64,000 bases of DNA from a virus, in IMG/VR virus record IMGVR_UViG_3300031251_000003, positions 64,001 through 128,000 of that record. The stretch is one strand, 5' to 3'. The position numbers and the translations under genes were made by a program. Within the stretch, counting starts at the first letter, position 1. Each line of letters opens with the position of its first letter. The notes under the pieces were generated by a model that made no database searches, was not told where the DNA came from, and was given only the letters and a program-made list of their open reading frames with translations. Shown piece by piece: positions 40,623 to 49,356 of this stretch.

Positions 40623-40782
40623 TGATATAGTATACCACAGATCTACACGTCTGTAAACTGAAAGGCCAGTTCGGTGTCCTGCCATGAGCGAAGTCGCAAT
40701 TTCCCCGCAGGAGATGCAACGATCTTCTCTACGACGATCTTAGCCATCTGGATATAGTATCAGGGATCTAGTTAGATGTCAA

Positions 40783-41085
40783 CTAACGGCCAATACGTTC
40801 ATGGTGCCAGAGCATACCAAGAATGATACTACGGAACAGATATCCAGCAACAAGATTGGGATCCAACCCACCACGAGTCTTAACCCGTTCGGTAATTTCG
40901 GTCATGCGATCAGAGATGTAACGCTTAACGTCTTCCTCTTCCCAATCGGCTAAATGTAGATCGTGTGGCCATACATAACTATCTGAGATTTCTTCATCTG
41001 TCAAGAACCCATCGGCAATAGCCTGGTCTAGTGAATGAGTGTAGATATCCCAGATCTCTGTTAATGGCTGAATAGATTTGTCCAC
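40783..41085 (-). CDS. hypothetical protein
   Basis: 100-aa ORF. Confidence 0.6.
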   Translation of the reverse strand: MDKSIQPLTEIWDIYTHSLDQAIADGFLTDEEISDSYVWPHDLHLADWEEEDVKRYISDRMTEITERVKTRGGLDPNLVAGYLFRSIILGMLWHHERIGR

Positions 41086-41113
41086 TTCATCTATTCAGAC
41101 GAAGTTTGCTCTC

Positions 41114-41395
41114 CTAAGTGTGTGCGACCTTGGAGTCGGGATCTTTCTTCTTCCCAATAGGAGATTGTGCAACAGTCTCCTTGATCTCACGACCCTCAGC
41201 CAAAAACTCAGCCCACTTACGAGACTCCTTGTAATCCTCGGTGATCAAGTTCGACTTGACCATCTTCTGTTCTACGTCATGCTTATGCTTCATGGTACAG
41301 TTATCTGCACAAGCGATCCAACCCTCATCGGGGTAGAAGATCTCATACTTACCGTCAAGTCTCTTGTGGAGAATGAGATAGTCGATCTTAGTCAT
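41114..41395 (-). CDS. hypothetical protein
   Basis: 93-aa ORF. Confidence 0.6.
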   Translation of the reverse strand: MTKIDYLILHKRLDGKYEIFYPDEGWIACADNCTMKHKHDVEQKMVKSNLITEDYKESRKWAEFLAEGREIKETVAQSPIGKKKDPDSKVAHT

Positions 41396-41631
41396 GGATA
41401 TAGTTTAGCATATCGGTCAAGTTTGTGCCGAAAGTCACCAGCCACTAAGTCCCTATCATCAACGTATTGTTAGAGGAAGGATTTAAAGGTAAGGACTTTC
41501 AACTACTAACCTATATAAGTAATACATATATAAGTACTATGGGTTGGCAAGTGCCGATTGGTACAAACATTCGGACAGTTATTTCTCACAATGTACGACA
41601 GTGAATAGATGAAGAAACTTTTAGGAGGAAT

Positions 41632-42072
41632 ATGCAACACTTACTATCAGAGGCCGGTCGTAGCTTTTTGAGAGCTTTCGGTGCCTCACTTATTGTTTTG
41701 ATCCCTGGTATTTTGGCCGCGCCGAATATGAGTACGACGCTAGCTTTGAGCGTTGCTGGTCTGGTCGCAGCTTTAGCAGCAGGACTAAAGGCTGTCCAGG
41801 TCTTTGTACCACAGATTTCGTTCAAGTCTATTATGAAGGGAAAGATTGCACCGTACTACACTTGGGCCGACTCGTTTGTTCGAGCAGCAGTATCAGCTTT
41901 CATCGTCGGTATCTTGGGTTGGTTGGCAATGCCGACTCTAGACTTTAGCAAGTCAGTAATCTTCGGTTTACTCGTTGGTGCATTTGCAGCAGGGTTCAGA
42001 GCGCTTCAGGGTACCGGTACTGTAGGAGATGTCCCTCAGCCGGAAAAGGGGTTAGTTACTAAAAGCGGCTAA
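41632..42072 (+). CDS. holin-like membrane protein
   Basis: RBS AGGAGG; four TM segments in two repeats (SFLRAF/SFVRAA). Confidence 0.6.
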   Translation: MQHLLSEAGRSFLRAFGASLIVLIPGILAAPNMSTTLALSVAGLVAALAAGLKAVQVFVPQISFKSIMKGKIAPYYTWADSFVRAAVSAFIVGILGWLAMPTLDFSKSVIFGLLVGAFAAGFRALQGTGTVGDVPQPEKGLVTKSG

Positions 42073-42231
42073 GTGTGCTACACTGCAAAGATCGGTTCAG
42101 GGAACCGGTATGTGTGGCTGGGAGTAGCAAGCTTTCCTCCTTTCCCTTGCTACTCCCAAATTTTTCTGGTATAATCCTTGTGTGGTTGACCCTTATTTTT
42201 GGTTCGTTTGAACAACTAACTTATAGAAGCC

Positions 42232-42260
42232 TTGACACAGGCGAAGAATTTTGGTATACT
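42232..42260 (+). promoter_or_regulatory. promoter at start of RNA array
   Basis: TTGACA-17-TATACT. Confidence 0.85.
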
Positions 42261-42275
42261 GTAGTAGATGAGTGA

Positions 42276-42347
42276 GTCCCTATAGCTGAGTGGATTTAGC
42301 GGCGGTCTTCTAAACCGCATACGAGGGTTCGAATCCTTCTAGGGATA
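42276..42347 (+). tRNA. tRNA-Arg(UCU)
   Basis: Cloverleaf; GCGGT-CTTCTAA-ACCGC. Confidence 0.9.
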
Positions 42348-42393
42348 TAGAATAAGGTGGTTCGACTCCATGAAAGTCCGGCGAAAATTCTTC

Positions 42394-42422
42394 TTGACAG
42401 CAAGATCGTCAAGTGGTATCAT
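42394..42422 (+). promoter_or_regulatory. sigma70-type promoter
   Basis: TTGACA-17-TATCAT. Confidence 0.75.
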
Positions 42423-42701
42423 GTAGTTAGCAAGAAAGGGTTCCTCCGGTCGAAAGACTATGAGCCTTGTAGGTGTCGGGTGACCAGCCTGCTTGGTGAT
42501 TGGATGCAAAACCGGGAAGTGTCGATCCAGACTCTAATATCCTCCGCGAGAGGGTGGCGAGGAAGGGGAGCTTCGTAGGGGAGTAGAGAGAATCCTTCCG
42601 TATTTTGGAGAATAGACTGTATTGACGTGGGCGCACGGAACGACGACCATTCGTGGTATGCTAACCCTAGCCCCGTCAATAGAGTCTAGGCTCTATTTTA
42701 T

Positions 42702-42774
42702 GCTGTCCATCGTCTAATAGGAAGGACTCCGGCCTCTGCCGGGAACGGGAGTTCGATTCTCTCTGGGCCTAAGC
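42702..42774 (+). ncRNA. tRNA-like RNA with 4-nt anticodon loop and bulged acceptor
   Basis: D and T arms intact; CCGGC-CTCT-GCCGG. Confidence 0.6.
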
Positions 42775-42778
42775 AGAA

Positions 42779-42864
42779 CTAAGATTGAGGATCCCGGAAA
42801 CGTCTTTTAAAACTGCTCCATCGCTAACATCGTTGGGGTGAGCGAAAGCTGGGGGAGTCTTAGT
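42779..42864 (+). ncRNA. orphan RNA motif copy 1 (GAAACGUCU/AGCGAAAGC)
   Basis: Repeated motif with covarying stems. Confidence 0.65.
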
Positions 42865-42878
42865 GATGAGCATAACTT

Positions 42879-42950
42879 GGGGGATCAGTGCTAATGGGGA
42901 AACGTTGCGCTTGCACCGCAAAGAAAAGAGTTCGACTCTCTTATCCTCCA
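42879..42950 (+). tRNA. tRNA-Ala(UGC)
   Basis: Cloverleaf, G3:U70. Confidence 0.88.
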
Positions 42951-43048
42951 CTGCAAGGAAGAAGAGTAGGTTGAGGGACGACGAATCCCAAAATTACCCG
43001 AATCGATGAATCCTTTGAGGGTGTACGGGTCGTGCCGTTACCCAATAC

Positions 43049-43120
43049 GGGCGGTTAGTGCTAGTGGGAACACGCCGGTTTTGCATACCGGAGTCAGGAG
43101 TTCGACTCTCCTACTGTCCA
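43049..43120 (+). tRNA. tRNA-Ala(UGC)
   Basis: Cloverleaf, G3:U70. Confidence 0.88.
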
Positions 43121-43286
43121 TATGAAAGCTGATGCGGGATATAAGATGGTGGTAAGAAGGGGTACCGCACCAAATGAGTAGCCACCTTAAGCTTTCAGAA
43201 TTGCCGATGCCATTAGATCAGGTGGCTTAAGCAACAGCGGAACCTGCTAAAGTGGTTCGCGGGCAACCGGCGACAGGTTGCAACAT

Positions 43287-43358
43287 GGGCGAGTAGTTCA
43301 GCGGGAGAATAGCTGCTTTACACGCAGAAGATCGTAGGTTCGATCCCTACCTTGCCCA
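43287..43358 (+). tRNA. tRNA-Val(UAC)
   Basis: Cloverleaf. Confidence 0.88.
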
Positions 43359-43365
43359 CTACATA

Positions 43366-43543
43366 TTAGATTTGAATTAGCTGGCGAACCCCTTGACCGG
43401 GGTTGTGATGGGTTCGATTCCCAGGTGAGCGTGGTTGCCATGCGAGAGCCGTCAGTGAAGTTGAGTCATTCGGGATAGATCTCACGGTTACACTATTATT
43501 CTTAAATAATGGTAGTGTGTTGGTTCGAGTCCAACGGTCTAGC
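43366..43543 (+). ncRNA. tRNA-like RNA with two T-arms
   Basis: TGGG-TTCGATT-CCCA and GTTGG-TTCGAGT-CCAAC; ends pair. Confidence 0.55.
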
Positions 43544-43626
43544 CCCTATGTACCGCTGGAAGCCGGAAACGTCTCCGATGATACTTTAATCTAGGATATA
43601 GCGAAAGCTGGCTGAGGTATTAGGGC
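43542..43626 (+). ncRNA. orphan RNA motif copy 2
   Basis: AGCCG-GAAACGTCT...AGCGAAAGC-TGGCT. Confidence 0.65.
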
Positions 43627-43919
43627 GTCTTTGAATGACTTTATCTTAGACCGGAAGCGAATATGTACGGAGTCAAGCGTGACATATGGCTAACTCTAGT
43701 TGTCTCTAGAACTTGACAGAAGGAGACAACGTGGTCTTATACGGCGGTCGAGTCCCATTAAGTTGGGATTCCCGCCACCAATTTGAAACACCCGCTCCGG
43801 GGTAGGAGGCGTGAACTAGCGTAACTAGTTCGGAGGCTACTTGATCCTAATCGTAGCAGGGTTCGCCCTAAACAGCGTAATCAAGCGTGGTTAGCTCTAA
43901 CGGGTTAATCACGCTCCAT

Positions 43920-44002
43920 ACCCCGCTGGTGAAATTAGGTAAACACGCAGGTCTTAGAAATCTGTGCCGCGAGGCTTACGAGTTCGATTCTCGTGTGGGG
44001 TA
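43920..44002 (+). tRNA. tRNA-Leu(UAG)
   Basis: Cloverleaf with variable arm. Confidence 0.88.
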
Positions 44003-44219
44003 CTTGGGGTGAGGTAGTCGTTGTCCGGGATAGCTTCCTAAGGAATAGGCTAGCGCTGGCTGATTTGCGTAAATCTGCACACCCTAAAACTTGAGTAAGG
44101 GCGAAGTCTGCTACATGCAGCAGATAGGTTAGCTTGTGCCGTGGTGTAAGGAGCCTGGGGTCATAGAATCCCGACAGACCCTCTGTATTTCTTCCATTAC
44201 CGTGATGGTAATGTGTAGG

Positions 44220-44456
44220 ATGTCTGGATACGAAAGAGAACAACAAAAAGAAACTCAGTACACCGATACGGCGGATTTCCCCCGTTACTCTGACTATGCT
44301 GGTTTTAGTTCTTATTCTTATCCTACCTATCCTGCTCAGAGTCGAACGTACGTCGTTCAAACTAGTAATTGGGATCAGACACAAGACTACACCGCTTCTG
44401 GTCTAGCTGCTACTCAAGCAACCTGGACAAGAACTGAACTGCATAACACTAATTAG
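44220..44456 (+). CDS. hypothetical (possibly virion) protein
   Basis: MSGYEREQ...; Y/T/S-rich. Confidence 0.55.
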   Translation: MSGYEREQQKETQYTDTADFPRYSDYAGFSSYSYPTYPAQSRTYVVQTSNWDQTQDYTASGLAATQATWTRTELHNTN

Positions 44457-44464
44457 AGGTTAAC

Positions 44465-45076
44465 ATGGCTAAGAGAAAGTTTGACGATAAGGCTACGTGG
44501 CGCACCGATACTTGGGGTATCGATATGACCCAGCCTGCTCGTGCCGAGCGCGTATTTGACCCTAACGATACCGTTACCGATGATCCCACTAAGGGTGGAA
44601 TCGCTGGTTCTGGTGATAATACCAAGGTCACTCATGCTGCTGGTGTTATGTACACAGGATTGAATGATAATCCGGCTGTCGCTGTAGCTCGTGCATACGA
44701 CGATTTCCAGAATCTTACTCCTGCTGTAACTGCGACTTTGACAACATCTTTAACGGGCGCGAACAATGACGTGACTTTCAGTGCTCTTCGTTCCGGTGCA
44801 TCAGGAAACGCAATATCTGTAACCTATGTCGATCCAGGTGGTGCTACTGCTACTCTTGGGGTAACAGTCTCCGGTACCGATATCACGGTCAACCTAGGTC
44901 GAGCAGCATCAGCTATTAACACCACAGGTACGTTGCTCATCGCAGCAGTACAGGCAGTTCCCGCAGCAGCGGCATTGGTCAATGTGGCCAACGCAGCAGG
45001 TAATGATGGAACTGGTCTAGTAACTGCTTTGACTAAGACGAACCTTGCTGGTGGTTTGGAAGCTTTCTACTCTTAA
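44465..45076 (+). CDS. virion structural protein, paralog of 31..612
   Basis: RBS GAGGT; shared Ala/Thr/Gly-rich domain. Confidence 0.65.
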   Translation: MAKRKFDDKATWRTDTWGIDMTQPARAERVFDPNDTVTDDPTKGGIAGSGDNTKVTHAAGVMYTGLNDNPAVAVARAYDDFQNLTPAVTATLTTSLTGANNDVTFSALRSGASGNAISVTYVDPGGATATLGVTVSGTDITVNLGRAASAINTTGTLLIAAVQAVPAAAALVNVANAAGNDGTGLVTALTKTNLAGGLEAFYS

Positions 45077-45079
45077 CGC

Positions 45080-45108
45080 TTGACAGCCAGTACCCTGTGT
45101 GATATAAT
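45080..45108 (+). promoter_or_regulatory. sigma70-type promoter with palindrome over -10
   Basis: TTGACA-17-TATAAT; CCTGTGT-GATATAAT-ACACAGG. Confidence 0.85.
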
Positions 45109-45142
45109 ACACAGGTAAGGGAAAACGACAGAAAGGATTCCC

Positions 45143-45499
45143 ATGGCACTTTCAGCAGCAGAGCGCGAGACAGTGATTGTCATCTCGGATGCAGACGACT
45201 TCTGGACTATCCATACTTGTCAGCGCCGGATGGTGACCCAGCTTCTCAAGAACCCGGTCGCCAAGATCCTTGAGAACACCCTCTTCGAGGGTACTCGGTT
45301 CCTCGTTGCTGAGGTTCCTGCGAATGGTATCACTGTTCGCAAGTCGAACGGTCGCAAGGCCAAGTCTTCGCAGCCGCGTAAGGCGACTCTCCGGACAATG
45401 CCGGGTGAGAAGTGCGGCGGCACCAAGTCTGATGGAAGTAAGTGCGGTGCAATCGCAGTGAGTGGTACGGGGTTCTGCCGCCATCATCAGAGCAAGTGA
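45143..45499 (+). CDS. hypothetical protein with C-terminal CCCH Zn finger
   Basis: RBS GAAAGGAT; C...DGSKC...FCRHH. Confidence 0.75.
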   Translation: MALSAAERETVIVISDADDFWTIHTCQRRMVTQLLKNPVAKILENTLFEGTRFLVAEVPANGITVRKSNGRKAKSSQPRKATLRTMPGEKCGGTKSDGSKCGAIAVSGTGFCRHHQSK

Positions 45500-45644
45500 A
45501 GTGCAGTTGAAGTGAAGTAGTAGTTGAAATTGTAGTTAGTCTTCTTGGGAGGGTCAGGAGTCGGTTGTGTCCTTCGATCTAAGGAGGTATACAAATTACG
45601 ACTAAGGTAGTAAGAGGGACTCCTGACCCTCACAGGGGACTTTA

Positions 45645-45719
45645 CGGGTGTGTAGCTAAGCGGTTCAAGGCAGGGGACTCTTAATCCCAAGATCACAGGT
45701 TCGAATCCTGTCACACTCA
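45645..45719 (+). tRNA. tRNA-Lys(CUU)
   Basis: Cloverleaf. Confidence 0.9.
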
Positions 45720-45726
45720 TCTAAGC

Positions 45727-46027
45727 ACGGTGGATAGGAACTATCCGCAGGAGCGATACGAGGATACAAGACCGATCAGGGGCCACTGTGAGGTCTTCTC
45801 TACCTCTGGCAGGGTCGCGGTGGGTACTAACTCATCTAGTGTATATGCCGGTCTTAGCCCGAATGCAGATGTTTCAGCGTATACATCTAGTAGGGCTTTA
45901 CTTTGTAACACCCCTCTCAAGTACACGGAGGAAGGATACGAACGGTACGCAGCCAAAAGGGTCTGCCATATTGAGAACCGAGTAACAATGCTCAATACTT
46001 ACCTGATTTAATCAGGTATTTTACCGT
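45727..46027 (+). ncRNA. large orphan structured RNA
   Basis: Ends pair; several internal complementary blocks. Confidence 0.55.
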
Positions 46028-46061
46028 CATCCGTCTGGTCGTACCGGGATGACGTTAGAAA

Positions 46062-46147
46062 CTCCAAGTGGTGGAATTAGGTATACACGTCAGGTTGAGA
46101 GCCTGATGGCCATCGCGGTCTTGCAGGTTCAAATCCTGTCTTGGAGA
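46062..46147 (+). tRNA. tRNA-Leu(GAG)
   Basis: Cloverleaf with variable arm. Confidence 0.9.
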
Positions 46148-46169
46148 TCTCTTACAGGAGGTAAGAAAT

Positions 46170-46298
46170 ATGAATCCAATCTTTTGGCTTCTCTTGATTC
46201 TCTTGATTGTCATCCTTTTGGGTGGAGCAGTATTCAGCCATCTAATCTGGGTATTGATCATTGTAGTTGTCATCCTTTTCTTCCTCTTCGGAAGGTAA
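46170..46298 (+). CDS. 42-aa hydrophobic peptide
   Basis: RBS AGGAGGT; MNPIFWLLLILLIV... Confidence 0.65.
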   Translation: MNPIFWLLLILLIVILLGGAVFSHLIWVLIIVVVILFFLFGR

Positions 46299-46346
46299 GT
46301 CATGGCCGTTCCCTATTCTTATGCGGTCTGGGGTAACGGCCACCAT

Positions 46347-46419
46347 GGTTCTCTAGCTCCAACGGTAGAGCGGCTGTTTGAAGCACAGCGCGTTGGCGGT
46401 TCGAATCCGTCGGGAACCA
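46347..46419 (+). tRNA. tRNA-Phe(GAA)
   Basis: Cloverleaf. Confidence 0.9.
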
Positions 46420-46591
46420 CTGTAGTCGAAGATCCAAGAGCCTCGCTCCACTAAAGTTGGCTGTCTTATAATACAGCACCGGAAGAGAAACTCAAGGGGA
46501 GACGAAATTACGGAGACAAATAGATTAAGCTCCGTAAGATTTATGTTCTATCCTGATGCGTGAATGTTGATCACTAACAAAAGGAGAGAAC

Positions 46592-46792
46592 ATGAAGACA
46601 GCAGTAGGTACTGAAGATCTAACAGGCGCAGTAGTGGTTGATGTTGGCTACAATGATGTGACTCTTGAGAAGGATGGAGTCAGGTTTACTCTTGAACTTG
46701 AGTATGAAGCCGACTACAACAGTTTCTGCGAAGGTAGTTGCTCTTGTTGTGGTAGTTCTGGCTCATCGTACTTCCGGGCCTATAAGGAATAA
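46592..46792 (+). CDS. small Cys-rich hypothetical protein
   Basis: RBS AAGGAG. Confidence 0.65.
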   Translation: MKTAVGTEDLTGAVVVDVGYNDVTLEKDGVRFTLELEYEADYNSFCEGSCSCCGSSGSSYFRAYKE

Positions 46793-46842
46793 AGAATCGT
46801 CTGTCACGCCGGATCCTGACGTAAAACTTAGTCCGGCCACAT

Positions 46843-46915
46843 GGCTCTATAGACTAGTTGGTTAGGTCGCTACCCTCTCAAGGTAGAAGTCGGAGTTCGA
46901 GTCTCCGTAGAGCTA
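46843..46915 (+). tRNA. tRNA-Glu(CUC)
   Basis: Cloverleaf. Confidence 0.9.
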
Positions 46916-46919
46916 CTAT

Positions 46920-46998
46920 GATCACGCAGCCACAGGGCAGGGCGCGGCGACCCGACACTTTCTCGGGGAACATGGAGGTTCGAATCCTCTCGGGATCA
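46920..46998 (+). ncRNA. aberrant tRNA-like RNA
   Basis: T-arm and acceptor present; extra nucleotides before anticodon arm; loop CACTTTC lacks U33. Confidence 0.5.
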
Positions 46999-47230
46999 CT
47001 GTGGGATAGAAAGGGCAACAAAGCGATATAACTTGACGCATCAGGGAGAGTTAGTCCCCTACTATCCCCCTATACTTTAAGAACGTGTGTGTGACGCTGT
47101 GACGCAGCAGAGGCACACTTTCGGGCGGGGGCGTCACCCCACGGTACCGGCGCGGTTTGGGACAACCGTTGTAAGACGACCGGAGGCGGCTTAGCGGCTG
47201 CTGAGAGGGTTCTCAAATGTTCTTATACTA

Positions 47231-47301
47231 TGGCGTATCGTTCAACGGCAGGACGGGTGGCTGTTAACCATCTAATTCAGGTTCGAATCCTGGTATGCCA
47301 G
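47231..47301 (+). tRNA. tRNA-Asn(GUU)
   Basis: Cloverleaf. Confidence 0.9.
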
Positions 47302-47372
47302 CTTTAAATTCGTAGGGCACTACTCGCTGGTCGGACTAGTTTGCTGGCGAGCAACCCTACGGCGCGTTTCAT

Positions 47373-47443
47373 TCCCCGGTCGTCTAACGGTAGGGCAGAT
47401 GGCTGTTAACCATCGTATGAGGGTTCGATTCCTTCCTGGGGAG
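47373..47443 (+). tRNA. tRNA-Asn(GUU)
   Basis: Cloverleaf. Confidence 0.9.
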
Positions 47444-47607
47444 CTTCGCAGTACATTGTTCGTCGTCCGGGAGCATCGCGAGGCATAACGGGTAGCTCAG
47501 GGTTAAATTCCCTGATAGGGCGGCTAGCCCTAGACTGAACGTATTGATCCTTACTTGTTAAAGCGGGTTTGGGGAATGTGGCAATGTATTGCGCCGGTTT
47601 TAATCGT

Positions 47608-47648
47608 CGCGGATTAGAGAAAAGGTCATCTCGTGAGTCTCATAAACT
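47608..47648 (+). pseudogene. orphan 5' half of tRNA-Met(CAU)
   Basis: Acceptor 5' strand, D arm and anticodon loop, then HNH gene. Confidence 0.7.
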
Positions 47649-47652
47649 TTTC

Positions 47653-48048
47653 ATGAGTTTACGAACACTAATAGTAGAGATGCCATACAAAGATCCCGAA
47701 AAACAGAAAGAAGCACAGGCTAGATTAAGTGCTGCTTATTATCAAAAGAATAAGAAAAAGATGAAAGTTCGTGCAAAGCAGTATACATACGAACATCGAG
47801 AACGTCTTAAGCAGTTTTTGATAGAGATAAAGTCTGCTCCATGTATGGACTGTGGAAATTCGTTTCCATCATGTGTAATGGACTTTGATCACCGTGAGGG
47901 TGAAGAGAAAAACGGTTGTGTGTCTGTAATGGTGAACCGCGCACTAAGCTTAGATAGAATTAAACAAGAAGTATCTAAGTGCGACCTAGTATGTGCGAAC
48001 TGTCATCGGATTCGAACCTCCACGCGGAAACAAGCCCTGGTGGGCTAG
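47653..48048 (+). CDS. HNH homing endonuclease (start at 47653 or 47680)
   Basis: CMDC..MDFDH..KCDLVCANCHRIR. Confidence 0.88.
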   Translation: MSLRTLIVEMPYKDPEKQKEAQARLSAAYYQKNKKKMKVRAKQYTYEHRERLKQFLIEIKSAPCMDCGNSFPSCVMDFDHREGEEKNGCVSVMVNRALSLDRIKQEVSKCDLVCANCHRIRTSTRKQALVG

Positions 48049-48096
48049 GGAGTCTCATAAACTCTCTCATGGTCAGTTCGATTCTGACTTCCGCTA
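48023..48096 (+). tRNA. tRNA-Met(CAU), overlapping HNH 3' end
   Basis: CGCGGAA/TTCCGCT acceptor with 1:72 mismatch; GGAGT-CTCATAA-ACTCT. Confidence 0.7.
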
Positions 48097-48250
48097 TTTC
48101 AAAATGCAACTAGGCCGACATAGTTGCGCCATATGGTGAAATGATCGGCATACAATTCTGTCTAACCTAGATAGGAGCGCAAATAATCATGAAGTAAGTT
48201 ATAACCTTTGCTCGTATTTGAAGGTTAAATGATTATTCCGCATATACGTG

Positions 48251-48357
48251 AGACGAATGCCGCAGAAGCCGGAAACGTCTAGCAGGGTCAAGTCCGCGAT
48301 AATCAGCTTGATGCATTCCCTGTGAATACAGCGAAAGCCGCCGCCGAGGTTGAGTCT
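48251..48357 (+). ncRNA. orphan RNA motif copy 3
   Basis: GAAACGTCT 48272, AGCGAAAGC 48330. Confidence 0.55.
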
Positions 48358-48494
48358 GGATTACAGTGTATGTGATTATATGATATGATTTTAAGTTTGA
48401 TTCATCTTGACTGTGGAGCCGAAAGCTGAGAAGCAGATCAAGAAACTAATGTAGATACATCGAGGGGTCGCGCATCTCTAACACGCGAATATTT

Positions 48495-48584
48495 GGATAG
48501 GTACTCAAGAGGCTTAAGAGGATGGTTTGCTAAACCATTAGAGGATGTCAAAGTCCTGCCAGAGTTCGAATCTCTGTCTATCCG
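48495..48584 (+). tRNA. tRNA-Ser(GCU)
   Basis: Cloverleaf, long variable arm. Confidence 0.9.
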
Positions 48585-48655
48585 TGTAAGACGATCCGAA
48601 GACGATGGGAACGTACGCGCATATCATGCGTGGTGACAGTCTATTCGAGGATCAG

Positions 48656-48728
48656 TGAATTGTAGCTCAACGGTTAGAGCGTTCCCTTCATATGGGAAAG
48701 GTAGTCGGTTCGACTCCGATCAATTCCA
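48656..48728 (+). tRNA. tRNA with CAU anticodon (Met or Ile2)
   Basis: TTCCC-TTCATAT-GGGAA. Confidence 0.8.
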
Positions 48729-48816
48729 TTAAAGAGGATGGTAGCCGATAGGTTGGCGTGGGTGTGCTGATTCGGTGAGATGGTTCGTCCTGCCTCATAA
48801 GACCACGCGAGAATTT

Positions 48817-48903
48817 GGATATATGGCTGAGTGGATTAAAGCGCTAGTCTTGAAAACTAGTATGTGTGAAAGCGCATCCGGGGTTCGAATCCCTGTGTAT
48901 CCG
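48817..48903 (+). tRNA. tRNA-Ser(UGA)
   Basis: Cloverleaf, long variable arm. Confidence 0.9.
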
Positions 48904-49083
48904 TAGGATGGTTTACGACGTGGTAGTGTACGTTTGGCGCTTAAGTGCGTTCTGGCCGAGAATCAAAGGCATCCATCCTTGGGGTTAGAGACTTAGGATT
49001 CTGAGGCGAGCAACCTGAAATGGTAAGGAACGAATAACCGTTGCTGCGGCCTGTCGTTCAAACTGGATCAAGTCTCTTCTTTT

Positions 49084-49170
49084 GGAAACGTGGCCGAGAG
49101 GATTAAGGCGCAGACCTGGAAAGTCTGTTGGTATTTACGTGCTACGCAGGTTCGAATCCTGTCGTTTCCG
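49084..49170 (+). tRNA. tRNA-Ser(GGA)
   Basis: Cloverleaf, long variable arm. Confidence 0.9.
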
Positions 49171-49175
49171 CTCAT

Positions 49176-49310
49176 GGGGTGAAAATGGAGAGTCGTCTAG
49201 TTCGATTCTAGACTTGTGGATGGTTCCACGGCGGTTCAATTCCGCGTTATAAACTTGTGGCAGCAAATAGGGTAGCCCCCGCTCAGAGGGTTCAATTCCC
49301 TTACACTCCA
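49176..49310 (+). ncRNA. tRNA-like RNA with three T-arms and G3:U70 acceptor
   Basis: Three TTCRATT hairpins; GGGGTG/CACTCC-A. Confidence 0.6.
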
Positions 49311-49356
49311 TTTATTTACAATTAGGATTACTAATTACTCTTGTATAATAGATAGA

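Noticed and set aside
42779-42864. Hammerhead ribozyme (TGAGGA...GAAAC..GTC)
   Set aside because: Stem III cannot form, other copies lack UGANGA, and covariation supports a different fold.
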